A DNA stretch of 63,948 nucleotides, filler included, from Sanchytrium tribonematis (GCA_018985235.1; 5 parts of 5 records of this genome joined end to end with filler, not necessarily neighbours in it); one strand, 5' to 3'; positions 1 to 13,689 are shown, counted from the first letter of the whole stretch. Translations and numbers: made by a program. Notes: generated from the letters alone by a model not told the origin.

Positions 1-800
1 CTCGGATGGGCCAGTTTAATTCTTGGTGCTTTAAGGTGATGCCATTTTCTGTTATTGTACAACCCAAATATTCGATACTGGTCATGCCAAATTGAATTAC
101 GGAGACAACGGTCAAAAACAACTTCGATCATACGAAGATGTTCTGTGCATGTTTCAGTGGCTAATAGAGTATCGTCCTGATAAACAAACTTGTATGAAAA
201 AGATATTCTCGGAAAGCAATATCCATTCCACGCTGAAAGGTCTTTCCAGAATTAGTAGTCCAAAATGGCACCCCAAGATATTCAAATACTCCTACATCTG
301 ACAATACCCTTTACGACAGTCAAATTTAGCAAAATATCTTTTCCCTTTGAACATTGCCATGGATATTGATCTGAAACGGTTACAGCACTTAAATTGCGAC
401 AATTAACGGAAAATCGAAATACGTCCTGAGATCTAGATTTAGGAACCAAAACAACAGGCGAACAATATTCAGTGTGTCCCTTTACCTCGCGTATGATGCT
501 TTCTTCCAGCTTGTATTTGATTTTGTTTTCAATAAATCGCTTTTGCTTAAAAATGCTCGATTATGTCGAGATTTCCTTGGAACATCAGTAGTTTCAATGC
601 GATGTTCAATTGGCAATGTACATCTCAATTTATCTTCAAATCATCCTCTTCTTCTTTTAAAAATTTCAAGGACTGCCTGTTTGCCTGCCGAATATCCAAT
701 TTCAAGTGTAACAAAATCAACCATTGGCTGAATGCCTCACTTGTAAAAAGTTAATCTTTAATTTCTTCTTCAGAAATTATGATTCCTCTCAATATTTGAT
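1..800 (-). mobile_element. Decayed Ty3/gypsy LTR-retrotransposon pol (reverse transcriptase) fragment
   Basis: Minus-strand manual translation across frameshifts gives CSPVVLVPK..FRFSVNCRNL, YFAKFDCRKGYCQ, FVYQDDTLL (YxDD) and IEYLGCTITENGI; boundaries approximate. Confidence 0.8.
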
Positions 801-1464
801 TGGACGGGGATCAGATGATTGTCTACAGCCATTTTAATTTCCTTAAAATAAATCAACTGGAATTAGATTCATTCCCAAAATCATATGCGACAAGGAGAAA
901 CGACTTGTAATAGAGACAGCAATAAAATGGCTAAATTGAAGCCAAAAACAAAGCAATTACTAAGTAAACATGGAAAAAAAAAGGTTTACGGTTTAACTAG
1001 ACTTATTCTACTCAATATGCAGACATCTTACGAAGATGGAGAGCGAATGGACGATATGGATGACTTTCGAGAAGCAATTTGTGATGCGACGGGTATACAA
1101 TATCGCCAGATCAAGCAATGTTAGGAGATTGACACCAATTTTGTAGAATTGATCTTCCAGAGACAACATTTAGAAAGAATTGAACAGGCTCTTACATTGT
1201 TCAAAGAAGAATACGGACGAAAATTTGCAAATATTTCCTGGAAAACGGAAAAATCATGGCACATGTCTCTTTTAACATATTGATCATGATAAGAAGAATG
1301 AGGAAATTCAGCGACTTCATAGTTTGATTTTTGATCTGGCATGTATCTTGAAAAGCAACCGTCAACCCTGTTTTAAAGGGGTAAATGGACTCTATTTGGA
1401 TTCCGTTGCAATTTTAAATTCTGGATTAAATATGGATAGTTATTAGGGCAAATTACAAAATAGA

Positions 1465-4400
1465 GTGACAAAATTACTTGAGGAAGACCCAGCTGCAATG
1501 CTGAGCATTAATATTACAAAAGGCAACATCACTGATTGTGAAGATTATGAGGAAGATATAACTGAATTTGCAAAAGCAAATGGAAATAAAGTGCTGGATA
1601 AATTCAACAAATCTGCTAAAAAGAATTCTAAAGCGACGGAAGACATCAAAATGTGCGATGTGAATGATAAAGAATCAAGCAAGTTAAACCCACCAATTAA
1701 GCCGCCACACAAGATTCTTGTGAATATAGTTGTAGATCATCAACCCAAAATAGTTCAACAACCATTAAACATGTATTTGATCAAGTTGGAAATGTGTCAC
1801 ATGCTGTGTATAATTTGGTAAATGCGCCAAATCCACAAACAGTTTTGGAAAATAATTCCACCATCTATTGTCTAAGAAAACTACCAGCAACTCATAAAGT
1901 GGAAATTAATGAATTTGGAGCGATGCGTGAAATCAATGTAACCTTTTTGAAGAATCCTGGTTTGTTGATTCCATTATTGCTAACAAAAGAAGCAGAAAAG
2001 TATGATGTTTTGGTGAATGGAATGTCATTTTCTACGCAGGCGGAATTTGCTGAAGGAATCAAGCCGATTATAATTTAATCTAAAGAGATTCAAGATTCGA
2101 ATGAAAATATTAAAGTAAATCGCTTTAATTATTTGGCACACTGTTTGGATACCTTGTTTGTTTTTCTGAAGTGGTTCATGATTTTTGAAGTATTTCATTT
2201 ATTTGGTGCCTATTCTACGCAAATTCACTTTGCTGGACAAATATTTACAATTCCCAGTACACACAGTAGTACATTTCAAGATGCCCATGTTCACTTTGCT
2301 GCAAAAGGATGGCCGAAAGGCGACATTCTTCTTAATAACGAAGTGCAAGCACTTGGTAATAAAATTGAACCCAATCATGATGGCAAATTATATTACAAGT
2401 GTCATAACAACTCTTTCAAAAGCAAAAAGGATGTAAGCCGCAAATCCATCAAAATTGCTGGATTAAACGACTATGGACTAAAGTATTGCATTAAAGATTG
2501 TAATAGAACAATTAGAGATGATCAATTGGATATTTTGTTTTTATCCGAGGTTAAAATTCATCAGCTATTCATCCTCAATGGAATATTTTATAATAAATCC
2601 CAATCAAAGTACTGGATGGCCATTATGTATAATTTGGAGACATATACAGCAAATGAAATTAAAATTACTAGTGAAAGTGATACACACATTAGAATGCAAC
2701 TAAAAGATGTAGACATTATGTATATTTATAGAGAATTAGGAACTGTACCATTAAAATGGTATTTAGAGCATATTCAGCAATATATTACAAGCAAGACAAT
2801 TCTTTTCGGAGATTTCAATCTAAACATTAAAATTAATAGGTTGCCAAATAAGACTATTGCATTATTTGACAGGTTAAACTTGGATTCTTTGAATTTGTTG
2901 GATATTTCTGGAGAATGTGCATTTCACAACAAAAATGGTGGTCACAGTTACATCGACTTAGTGTTTTACAAAGAAACAGACTCATTCACCATTAAAAATG
3001 CATATCTGATTGATACTTTGTACAATTCTGATCATAAGGCAATTTGAATGGAAATTGAATTAAAAGATGAAGATTGCATTATTTTAGAGAAAAGACCAAG
3101 ATGGCGCATCAATAAGCTAAAAAATGATGATAATTGCCTGCTAGAATTCCAGAACTACATCAATGTACAGAATTCCAGAAGAAGAGCAGAAATTCTTCAA
3201 TTGATTCATGACATGAAGCATAAAGAAAATAATATAATAAATCTAGAAAAATGCGATCAAATCAGCGACATATTGCACAAAATAATCAAGGATTCAGCAA
3301 ACCAAGCAATTGGAAAGACAATGAAATGAAACATGTGACATTTAAGTGAGTTTATTGTTGCTAGCACAAATAGATTGATAGGAAACACAGACATTGCCAT
3401 TGAAATTATCAAACAGAGTAGAAATTTAGCATTTAAAACACATAAAAACAACACAAATGAAAAGAATGGCAGTAGATTTATCAAACAGATATCAACTAGC
3501 CAAAAGAGGCACGCAAAATCTAATATCCTGCAAAATGCTAATCAAATTGAAGATAAACTATCACAATAGGATTCTAAATGGGATCTGACCGACAGAACAC
3601 CCCTTCATATTTTATGACAGTAGAAATGAGTCTGATTGGACTGCTTTTAATTTGCAAGAATTTAAAGACTTGTTAAAACAGTTGCCAAATTCAAAATCCC
3701 CGGTAACCGATCCACTACAAGCAGAATTATTGAAAATGGCCCCATTGGCATTTAAAGAACTACTTTTAGAATATATGAATGGATTGTGTGAACAAGGACT
3801 CATTCCTGATCACATGCGATATAATTTAACAATTCCACTCCCGAAGAATCCAAATTTCACAGATTTTGACGACATGAAGAAACAGCGACCGATCAATCTG
3901 TTTGATCACATTAAAAAGTTGATGGAGGCATTTATATTGCCCACTATTAATCCCCATTTGCAAACTTCAAACAAATTCGTCATTTGTAAGGTAGATATAA
4001 GTTCCGCCTTTGATTCTGTCCAATTCCCCCCATTGCAGCAATTTATAATTGAATTGGCAATTCAACAGAATATCAAACAGATTCTGCTAAACCTGGTTTG
4101 TAGTCAACATCTGGCATTGTTAATTGGCGATTTAACGTCTGGATTTAAGGCAATTAATAAGGGTCAACCTCAAGGCTCTAAAATCAGCCCTGGGCTCTTC
4201 TACAGATTATTGGATATTTTATTTCTTGGATTTGAATATTTTCACATTCTGTTTGCAGATGATTGTTTGATTGTGTGCAAACCAGGTGAATTAAATGAAG
4301 CAATTGCGGATATCAAAAAAAGAATAGCGAGGCTGGGATTGACATTAAATGAAGCAAAAACAGAAACCCTTGGTGAGCGTTACAGTATCTGGCTGGTTAT

Positions 4401-5539
4401 AAAAATTAACAAATTTGGTCTATCTCGCGAAATGCAGTTAGAATACAATATTAACAAAGCAAAGCGTAAATTGGGAAAATTGACTAAATTTGGCGTTTTC
4501 AAGAATTCATTTAAATATAGTCATTTATTGCGCTCAATAGGTATTGCGCTCAATAGGTACTTTTTTATTACCTGTTGTTGAGTATGGTCTGAAAGAGTGG
4601 ACATATTTCTTAATGAATACGTGCGCAAATTATTAAATTTGCAATATTCAATGCCAGTTGAAGACATACGCACCATTTGTGGATATGATAAATTTAAATT
4701 GCGATGGCAAGATATTGGTGTGAGATTTTTCAACAAATTGAGCATGAAGGCAAATAGAATGAACTTGCTTTTGTTTCATCCTAGAATAAAAATGGGATTT
4801 TCCATTCCAAAACAAATCATCAAATCCAACAGCGATTCCTCCAAACTTATTCAAACAATACTCAGAAAATTTCCTAAATGCTTCAAACAATGAATTATTC
4901 TGAGTTATCTCGTGAAGTGTGTGTTCCTTCAGAAGAACTTGGACTCCACATATTGCCATTATGTATGTCTAAAACCCAAATTTATGCGATAACAATCACC
5001 AGTTCATCAATCAACGGTATACCTGTTTTGTGAGACAGAATAAAACACTAAAAGAACAAGTACCAGAATGCAATGCTAAAGTTGATGATATTCATGAAAT
5101 TTCAATTTTTACTGATGGAAGTTATCACGCAGGATCCCCTCCAATTGCAACAGGAGCCATATTAACAGTATTTAAAGAGTCATTTACCTTAAATACTTAT
5201 GATTTAGCAACAATTATTCCAAGAAACAGCACTAGATGTGAGTTAGCAATGGTCATCCAATCAATTTTAAATCTGATCAAAAATGAGATTAAATTTACTA
5301 AATGCACCATTTATACTGATTCAAAAGGGAGTGTAGATATCTACAGCGCATTTAAAATGGAACCAATTACAGCATATGCTTTAGAAGGCATTGAAATGCT
5401 GGGAAATTTGCAATTAGAAATATTAGATAAAATTGACGTAAAATATATAAAAGGACATGATTTAAATAACCCAAATAGTCTAAATCATGTTATGGACTTA
5501 TACACACATGATCATGGAACCAATGAGTTATTACACTAA
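1465..5539 (+). mobile_element. Decayed non-LTR retrotransposon (LINE): ORF1-like region, AP endonuclease, RT, RNase H
   Basis: APE motifs LDILFLSEVK, FGDFN, SYIDLVF, SDHKAI (to 3047); RT motifs KSPVTD, RPINL, QGSKISP, FADD (3652-4581); RNase H motifs IFTDGS, RCELA, YTDSK, YIKGH (5030-5539); several in-frame stops and frameshifts. Confidence 0.9.
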
Positions 5540-5866
5540 CAGATGAATGTGAAATATGGTAAACAGTGTAAGAGTAGAGCACTAAATATGATTTGGCAGA
5601 GCCAAATAAAATGCAGAGCATTTTTGTAAAATTTATAATTTTTTAAATTTTTTTATTTTTGCATCAGTTTGTATTAGGAATAATAAAAACGCATAATTTT
5701 TTTACATGATTTTTTGAAGATGGCCAATGCTCAATTATTTCATCCTCGATTTCACTAATAGTACCACGATCCAAATTGATTGATTCACTTGCTTTTTTAA
5801 TCCATAATCAATATTGATAAACAAGTTTGTGCTCTGGAATTTCATCAGTAAATCTCTCTTCTAATT

Positions 5867-7060
5867 TCAGTGCTTGATCTTTAAATAACCTAATAAAAAC
5901 TTCCCCATTTTTTCGATAAGAATCCACTGGCTGCCAAGGGGGTAAAATGAACTGTTCAAGACCTCCAATTGATTCTCTCCAACGTTGTTTTTCCTTTTCA
6001 AATCCAAACTTGGCCGTGAATTTATTTGGATTTCCCTTTTTAATTCTTCCTCAATTTGATTCATTTGTGTGGAATTAATGCCATAAATTCTGGGATTAAG
6101 GACCGTAATTAATGGCTAAATTAGTATAAAATTACATTTTGCACTTTAATTTCCTTATTAATATTTTGTTCCATAGAGGGTACAGGGTGAAAGTAAGCAG
6201 ATTATTATGATTCAAATTATTATTTCGTGCATTTACTTGCTGCTATGATGTCCAGACAATTTAGTTGTGTACCAAATGCCCGGTACAATAGTGTGGAGTC
6301 TATTTGGCTGTTTGAATGATGGTTGTTGATATTCCCTAGAAGTGATATCACGTTGAGAAAATGGACCTAAGTCAACTGAATAATACCGCAGTGATCTAGA
6401 TATGTAAATAAATCAAGATACGCTTTTCCAATTATAACTTAGTGATACACTTTTGTTTCTTTTGCTTGCAAGAATAAATTTGCAAAACAAAATATGGTTT
6501 AGAATTTCGGTCAACAGAATGTTCTAGCCAAAACACCTTTGCTTCAAGAAAATTTTGAGTTCTCATTGCGCACGTAATCCCAACTCGAATTATAATTCGA
6601 TATAAGAGAGCTCTTGGTGAGTCGTCATTAAATTCAGGTTTGGTTTCTAATAATAAACAAATTTCATTAATTGTCATGTTAAATGGTTGTGCCTTTGGAT
6701 TATTTTCAAAGTAGTGCAAACAGTCTTTTCTGCAACTTTTGTAGGCATTGACATAATTTTTCATTTCCAACACATCAAATAAATCAATAGAAACCAGCTG
6801 CTTTATAAGAGCATTTAATAAAGAAACATACGAGTCTAATGTGTTTGGTGACAAATATTCACCATCATTTTTTTTAAATTGAAAATAAAAGATGCAATTA
6901 CCCGATCAATAAAATTTTGAACTTTTAATTGTTTCAATGTGAGCTCTACGGGAATTGACTCATTGTAGTCAATTAATGCTGATTTAAAGTGCACGATTAG
7001 CCTCTTTTTCAATAAATTAATCTGATTGATTGTTGATGGTTCTTTGGCATAAAATTTTAA
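5867..7060 (-). mobile_element. Decayed Crypton-like (tyrosine recombinase, DUF3504-type) transposon
   Basis: Across a frameshift it reads FNLKKNDGEYLSPNTLDSY, then NDDSPRALLYRIIIRVGITCAMRTQ and GIWYTTKLSGHH, resembling Crypton/DUF3504 motifs; motif recognition only. Confidence 0.55.
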
Positions 7061-7239
7061 TCCATTTATCTCTGATTCAAATTAAACTCAGCTCTCATTT
7101 TTTATTAAAATTGGTTCATTCTCATGGTTGATATGTAGTTCTTGTTCAAGATGATGTGCGTTACTTGATTGCATCTCGTTTCAGAAAAAAATAAAACATT
7201 TAACTCGGCCTTTACGGAATACGTCGCGATTGTTAATAC

Positions 7240-7580
7240 TATTAATATAGTTTACTAGCAGCGGTTTTCTGTTGGTAATCTTTTCCACCACCCCTTTGTT
7301 CTTTTTTATTTTCTTTTAAACGTTTTTCTGTTTGTGTGGCCCTGTTTTTATTTCTGTGTCTGTCTTTAATTGCCAATTCTTTAGATTGTGAAATTTTCCC
7401 TGGTTTCTTCCAATGAATTTGGAGGTGGTACTATTTCAGGACGCAACGCTCGAATCAATAAAATGAATCTGCATTCTCTGAAGAATTTCCTCTGATCTCC
7501 CTCCATATTTTGCTAGTTTGGCACGCAATTTATCAAAATAATCTGCTGTCTCACGAACTGTACGGCCGCCCTGTTTTGTG
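7240..7580 (-). mobile_element. Possible retrotransposon gag fragment
   Basis: Minus strand KQGGRTVRETADYFDKLRAKL followed in a shifted frame by LIRALRPEI, resembling the Retrotrans_gag pattern. Confidence 0.35.
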
Positions 7581-7621
7581 CACAAATATATACATGCATT
7601 AAATCTAAAACAGGGGTAAGC

Positions 7622-8355
7622 ATGGATCTTAATGTTTTACATCAAGCAAAAAAGTTCTAATTGCTACCAAAAGAAAGCAGTCAAGTCCAGCAATGTGAAT
7701 ATACCACCCATCGCTCATTAATTAAGTTCCAATGGGAAAGTAAAACTCACCAAAGCATCAACTGGTTCAATGCATGATTTTCATGCTATTGTTTCCAAAG
7801 AACTAGAAGAAAATGAATTTATTAGATCCATCGAGTCCATTAGATCGAAGGAAAAGGATTTTGAGAAGTGGGGAATTAAATTGAAGGAATGGATTGATCA
7901 ATCTGGAGCATCAGCAATTGAGGGATCATATGGGAAGATTGTTGCCTAAGACATTGATGATGCTGTTTAAAGTTATTTGTGAAAATTTCAAGTCAGCCAT
8001 TGCAATGAATCCAAAAGGAGAGCCGGAGATTATGGATTCCGGGAAATCGACAACTCCAAAAGGAAAAGCAGCAGGAATCATTTCCACACCATTAACTAGT
8101 GGTGATTTACTTGATCGATTTATAATGATGAAGAGCATGTAGATGATGGGAGAAATTGCTCCAAATGAAACAAATGCAAATGATGAAGATGAGAAAATCT
8201 TTAAGAAAAAGAAATTTGCAAAGGAAATGGAGGAAAAAAAGCTTGCATTGATTTCACAGAAAGCAGATATCTACAAGAAATTCAAAGAAGCAGGAATGAA
8301 TGATGCAGATGCGTTGCAATTTGCTGGATTGAGTAAAGAAGCAAAAGAACAATAA
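7622..8355 (+). pseudogene. Harbinger accessory Myb/SANT-like protein (disrupted)
   Basis: Convergent with the Harbinger transposase, as in the two-gene PIF/Harbinger layout; IRSIESIRSKEKDF segment and charged coiled-coil C-terminus; stops and frameshifts. Confidence 0.5.
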
Positions 8356-8360
8356 ATTAT

Positions 8361-9489
8361 TTATTGATAAATAGAATTAAGTCTCTCACGTCTTGAATGT
8401 CCAGTGATAGATACACCTGTTACTGATGGTCCATGTTGATTCAATTGTTGCATTTCATTCCAATCTGAAATGTAAAAGTCATCTTCTTCAATTTCAAAAT
8501 TAGTTTCTAAATTACACAATTTGTCATATTCTATTATTATATTATGTACTGTAATACACGCATTAGATACTAACACACATTTGAAAAGCTTCATACACTT
8601 CATTTGTTGGCCCATTATCTAAAATCTACAATTTAATAAACCGAATGTATTTTCAATGATGACTCGTCCTTGAGAGTGCTTCAAATTAAAATTCCTCTTG
8701 TTTTGATCCACATTACCAATATATGGTGTCATCATGCGCTCATTCAATGTATAGGCACTATCCCCGAACAGATATTCTTGATTTTGGAAGTAATTGTTTG
8801 AATTTTTAAAAAATATCATTTAACTCCCAAACACGATTATCGTGATATGATCCTGGTGCTCCAACCACAGCATAAGAAATCGGTTTGCTGGGTGTGCAAA
8901 CTGCAGTAATATTGATGCCGTATTGGCATTTTCTAGCAACATAACTTTGCTTGAATTTGATAATTCCAGGAATGCTGCAATGAGTGCCATCAACTGCACC
9001 AATACAATTATCAAACGATGACGTCAACCAGAACCTATGCTTTATTTGTCTTTTTTCCTCTTGTGTTGGCCATTTGACATGATTTCCATGAATGTCATTT
9101 ATTAATTGTAACATCTGATCAATATAATATATTACACTTCCTGCTGAAATGTTAAATCTATCACTAACTTCTGTAGTGTCCGCGTTGTTTCCAATAAAAT
9201 ATAACAATAAATGAATACGTTTATCTAGCTGCAATTTGCCAATATTCAAATTTTCAAGATATGGTGACCCGCTATTTAGTATTGTTTGCTTAAAGTACTC
9301 ATAATGAATTTTAGTCATTCAAAAGAAGTATTTGTACCGGCTTTCGGATAATTGTGGAACATTCACTTCAAATCAGTCTCTAATTTTCACAATTGGATGA
9401 TAATGGGTCCTTGATTGTCTCTTTGGCTTCTGTTGTTTGGAATGTAGGTACTTAATAATAATTAAATATTCATCTGAAGAGTCCGACAT
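8361..9489 (-). mobile_element. PIF/Harbinger DDE transposase (HARBI1-like), disrupted
   Basis: CIGAVDGTH, GAPGSYHDNRVW, YLFGDSAY, FNLKHSQGRVIIENTFGLL, NACITVHNIII; one frameshift near 8810 and in-frame stops. Confidence 0.92.
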
Positions 9490-10249
9490 TTGCTTCACCC
9501 AAATTGCAAGTTGAAGAATGAAAGGAGATGGTCAAACAGTTGCGCAATTTTAGCCAATCAATTTATCTCACCAAAGTTTCACCGGTGACTTGAATTTCCC
9601 TCTGAACAATTTCCATTGGATCATTCATTTTTGACTCCGATTTGCCCTTGTTTGAGTTTATTTGTGATTGCTTGATCACCAATTCTTTCTCGCGATGTTG
9701 AAACTCATTTCTTTTTTCTCAGGTTCCTGTGAAACTCGCTGTTCTCGATTCAGTATTTCTTGTTGGCGCTGCGCCAACTGTTGTTCTTGCACTGCAAGTT
9801 GGTTTTGCAGTTGCTCCAGTCTTGCAGTCATTTAAAACAATTTTTAATCGATCATAACAAGAATTTGTTCCATATCTGTGACCTTATAACCAGGCAATTC
9901 TTACTGTTCAGTAGGGCTGCTGTAGCTGTCGCCTTTTTTCTGACTGCCACAACAACCCCTTGCTACCATGTCATCGCTGATCGCTATCTTCTCTCCTTCT
10001 TGTAAAACTGTTTTCAAAGCTTGTGACGATGCCATATTTATTTCTGATCTTCCTCGCTTACATAGTTTCAACATGCTTGCTGATAAGCGATCGAATCTTG
10101 TCCATTACGCTCGAGATTCTCCATAATATCTTGTACATTATACGTACCAACAACGCTTGTTTTTTAATTACTGTCTTTAAAAGTCTTGCAGTCACGCTGA
10201 CATGATCGGTTATTAAAAATCAATCACAACAATCACAAAACAAATCGCT

Positions 10250-12637
10250 TTGGATGGAAGCATTTTGAATGATCAAAAAACTGGGGGAAACAAATTGATC
10301 AGTTTGTTTGAGTTATTTTTGTCGTTATTTTTCTTATGTCCAAACCCCAACCCCATACCCCAACCCCATTTTAAGATAGTTACTTTCTTGCAGATTAGAG
10401 GATTGATTGAAGCCAATTTTAACGAGGAGACTGAACTCCTAAATCCTCACTTGCGAAAGCTCCCACGCCGAGAGGCTTCAATAACTAACAAATTAAACAA
10501 TTACAACAAACTAGCAGCCCAATTATCCAATCAAACAGACCAAAACGAGTGCAGTATCAGCACTATTTATGTGAAAGGATTAAAAGTAAAACTACAGAGC
10601 ACCATTCAAAATATCCAAATTGAAGATTTTATTTATTTGGGAATGTTGGAGCAATACAAAGAAGATACATTTCCAAAATTAACACTCAATTCAATCAAGT
10701 TTCTAACACCAGCAAATTTAGAGAAATGGAAGGATCATCGTGTTGATCCAAATGTAGTGCAATATGAAGTCGTTTTAGAGACGACGTTCATTGACGTATT
10801 CATGAAATTCTTAGAGAATTTCGAATTTTTCACCAACAGTCCAACTGATTTGAAGTGGGATACTTGTGAAAATAAAATCAGACAAATTCATATCAAATCC
10901 AATTCTGGTGGGATTCTACAAGATTCAGCAAAATTGGTAATCAATAAATACCAAAAGAGATTTCAAGAGTATGCCATCAATTCAATTAGCCAAACCACTT
11001 CCAAATATATATTGAATTTGATCCGTGATTTGAATATGCAAACTCAATCACAAGAATTAACAGATTTTAAGCATTTAATTTCAACAAATCAATCCCATCT
11101 TTTTAATGATTTTATTAAGTGCGTCCCTTTTCGCATTCATGACTATTTTAAAGTCTATTCTCATAATTATTCACTCACTTTTTCAGATTCTGAAATTTGT
11201 GGACAAAAACAAGTGGAATTGCTCAAAAGTGCAATTTTGTCAACAACCAAGTCCCATTTGAGTAAAATTGAATTCGGTATTCAATTTAAATCATCCAATA
11301 ACGATGAATTTGTCATGAATGAATTGATGGATGAAATTGGTGATATTGAGATGGAAATGACAGAAAATTCCAATACTCAGCAACAACAATTGGCGATTCA
11401 ATTTACCAATCAAGAGCCAGTCATTAACCAGATTCATCAACCGGATGATGCTACAAATCATGATCATCAACCTACTCAAGATGAACTGTTCATTTTGACC
11501 TTCTACAACCATAAATTGGACAAGATTAATATGTTTGAAAATCCATCAGTTTCGCAATTATTAATGCTTATGGGTGTAGAGTTGAATGATGATTTATTAG
11601 TGTTTGCAAATGGTGATTTATTGGCACATACTTCATTTGCCAATCCTTGCGCACCAAATCACACCCAATCGTTTGCATCACTCAATTTAAATATTGGATG
11701 GATTAACATTGGCGGTCGATTTCATGATAAATTGCAATATTTAAGAGGATATATGAATATGCATGACTACGATCTATTATTCATTGGGGAGACGAAATAC
11801 AGAAAAGCAGAGAATAATGGCCATGTAGTGGCACTAACAGACCCTGGTTCAAATGAGCAATATGGAATGGCATTGATGATTAAAAATGCTAATTTGGCTC
11901 AGGATGTTGCTTATATTGATGGAAATGAGTATTGTATGATTGTGGAATACAAATCATGTGGCACTATGGTATTTTATCGTCCCCATCATGATACGGATTT
12001 CAGCATATTTGAGCAATGTATGGCATTGGCAATGGATATTCATATTGATGTGTATATCGGGGATTTCAATGCATGGTTGGCAACTCCTGAGGATGATCCG
12101 AGAGCAAGAGCATTGATGGAAATATTTGATCATCATGATCTCCATTTGTGTCAAAAAACATTCAATATTACATTTATTGCTTCTGATTCAAATGAGACGA
12201 GTGGGAGGACAAATATTGATTATGTATAAACTACAACTGAATTAGCAGATGCAATTGCACCTGTTTCAATTGTCCAAGTAACCGATTTAAACAGAAATAG
12301 ACACAAGGCTATTTCATTTCAATTGCCAATTCCAGTTATCAACACCATCAACATGGTTAAAAGATGGAGATGTTGGAAATTCAATGATAATAAAGAACTA
12401 CAAAATAAATTCAACACAATTCTGGAAACACAATTCACCAATAAGAACATTTTAAACAGAATTGAAAATACTTTTAATCAAGCAGATTTTGATAAAGTAT
12501 ATGCAGATATTATTGCTTGCATAAACAATGGCCTCAATCAAACAATTGGAAAGACTGGGAAGAAACAAAAGACTAATCGGATTCAAATAATCTCCAATCA
12601 GGTCATGCTCCTTAAGTTTGGGCATTTCCCCCCTTAA
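10250..12637 (+). mobile_element. Second LINE: long N-terminal region in frame with the AP endonuclease; truncated before RT
   Basis: NIGWINIGG, DLLFIGETK, YIGDFNA, TNIDYV*, RHKAI; post-APE motifs KRWRCWKF and LNQTIGKT parallel RPRWRINKL and ANQAIGKT in the first LINE. Confidence 0.8.
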
Positions 12638-12852
12638 AATTTCGTTAAATGACCAAGAGGTCATAATGACCTGAATTTATTATTAGAGATTTACTCTTTT
12701 ATTTGGAATCACATCTTCCGGTTTTAGCAGTAAATTGGTCCAGTCAGTCATTATGCTCAACATGGGTTGTTCGAGTCTCTCAGTTTCACTCAAATTTGCA
12801 TCAAGAATATTGTTGTTTGAATCGGCTTGTTCTTCATTTGGTTTGCGAATTA

Positions 12853-12952
12853 NNNNNNNNNNNNNNNNNNNNNNNNNNNNNNNNNNNNNNNNNNNNTTAA
12901 TTAATTAANNNNNNNNNNNNNNNNNNNNNNNNNNNNNNNNNNNNNNNNNNNN
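12853..12952. other. Artificial contig-joining linker (N44-TTAATTAATTAA-N44); same linker at 25797-25896, 38661-38760 and 51354-51453
   Basis: Identical 100-bp N spacer with a six-frame stop cassette, four times. Confidence 0.97.
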
Positions 12953-13689
12953 TTAAGACAATCTACAACAAATTACAACAACAGAATACAAATCTGACAT
13001 TTCAAGTCAATTGGTTTTACATGGGAAATGTAAAAGAAACCCAAATCCAAACTATTTTAGAAAAAGTGAATTTCAAGTACAATTACAACAATATCCCCAT
13101 TAAATTCAATTTAAACCATTCACAAGTCATAGATGGGAATAAGATTGGCTACTATGATGATCAACTTCAACAAGACTTGTGGGATCAATACGCCTTTAAA
13201 AGTCCAAATATATTGAATATTTTCAGTGCTAAATTAAGTGACCACAAAGGAGGATGGAGTTCTTACCCAGGTTATTCTCGAGATGTCATCTTTCTCTCTG
13301 CTCCGGATATATTCAGTGATTCTGAAGAATATTTAGCAGGAATTATTAGCCATGAAATTGGTCATTGGTTGGGATTAATGCACACTTTTGATGGTGGATG
13401 CTTATCGAAAGAGAATGATTATGTGAAAGATACTCCAAGAACAGATGATAGAATTAGAGTTAATGGCATGGGCGGATTAATGAAAGTATTTGGGAATAAC
13501 GTGTTAAAATCTTACGATTGGAAATGCAATGACAAAATCAAGTCATGTAGCAAGTCATTCGGGAATGATTTATTGGATAACTTTATGGATTATACCAGTT
13601 GTCGAATACGAATTACCTTGGGACAACAATATAGAATCATGAATTTCGTATATTGGAGATTAATTGGTGAATTGCCTTTATTGGAATAA
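12953..13689 (+). CDS. M43 (pappalysin-like) zinc metalloprotease, copy 1, 5'-truncated by contig end
   Basis: HEIGHWLGLMHTF (HExxHxxGxxH), DYVKDTP, Met-turn NFMDY; frame open from the contig start. Confidence 0.9.

Noticed and set aside
885..1342. Short ORFs between the gypsy relic and the LINE
   Set aside because: Stop-interrupted with no recognisable motif; probably TE debris
3045..4581. Possible stop-codon reassignment suggested by in-frame TGA/TAG in TE ORFs
   Set aside because: Conserved host genes have no internal stops and end at TAA, TAG and TGA; the TEs also carry frameshifts
9560..10205. Gln/Glu-rich coiled-coil frame on the minus strand next to Harbinger
   Set aside because: Frameshifted and unassignable; cannot tell cargo from debris
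12853..12952. Recurrent TTAATTAATTAA palindrome between N runs
   Set aside because: Artificial contig-concatenation linker; it also rules out reading RdRP, Dicer-like and Helitron genes as one physical cluster
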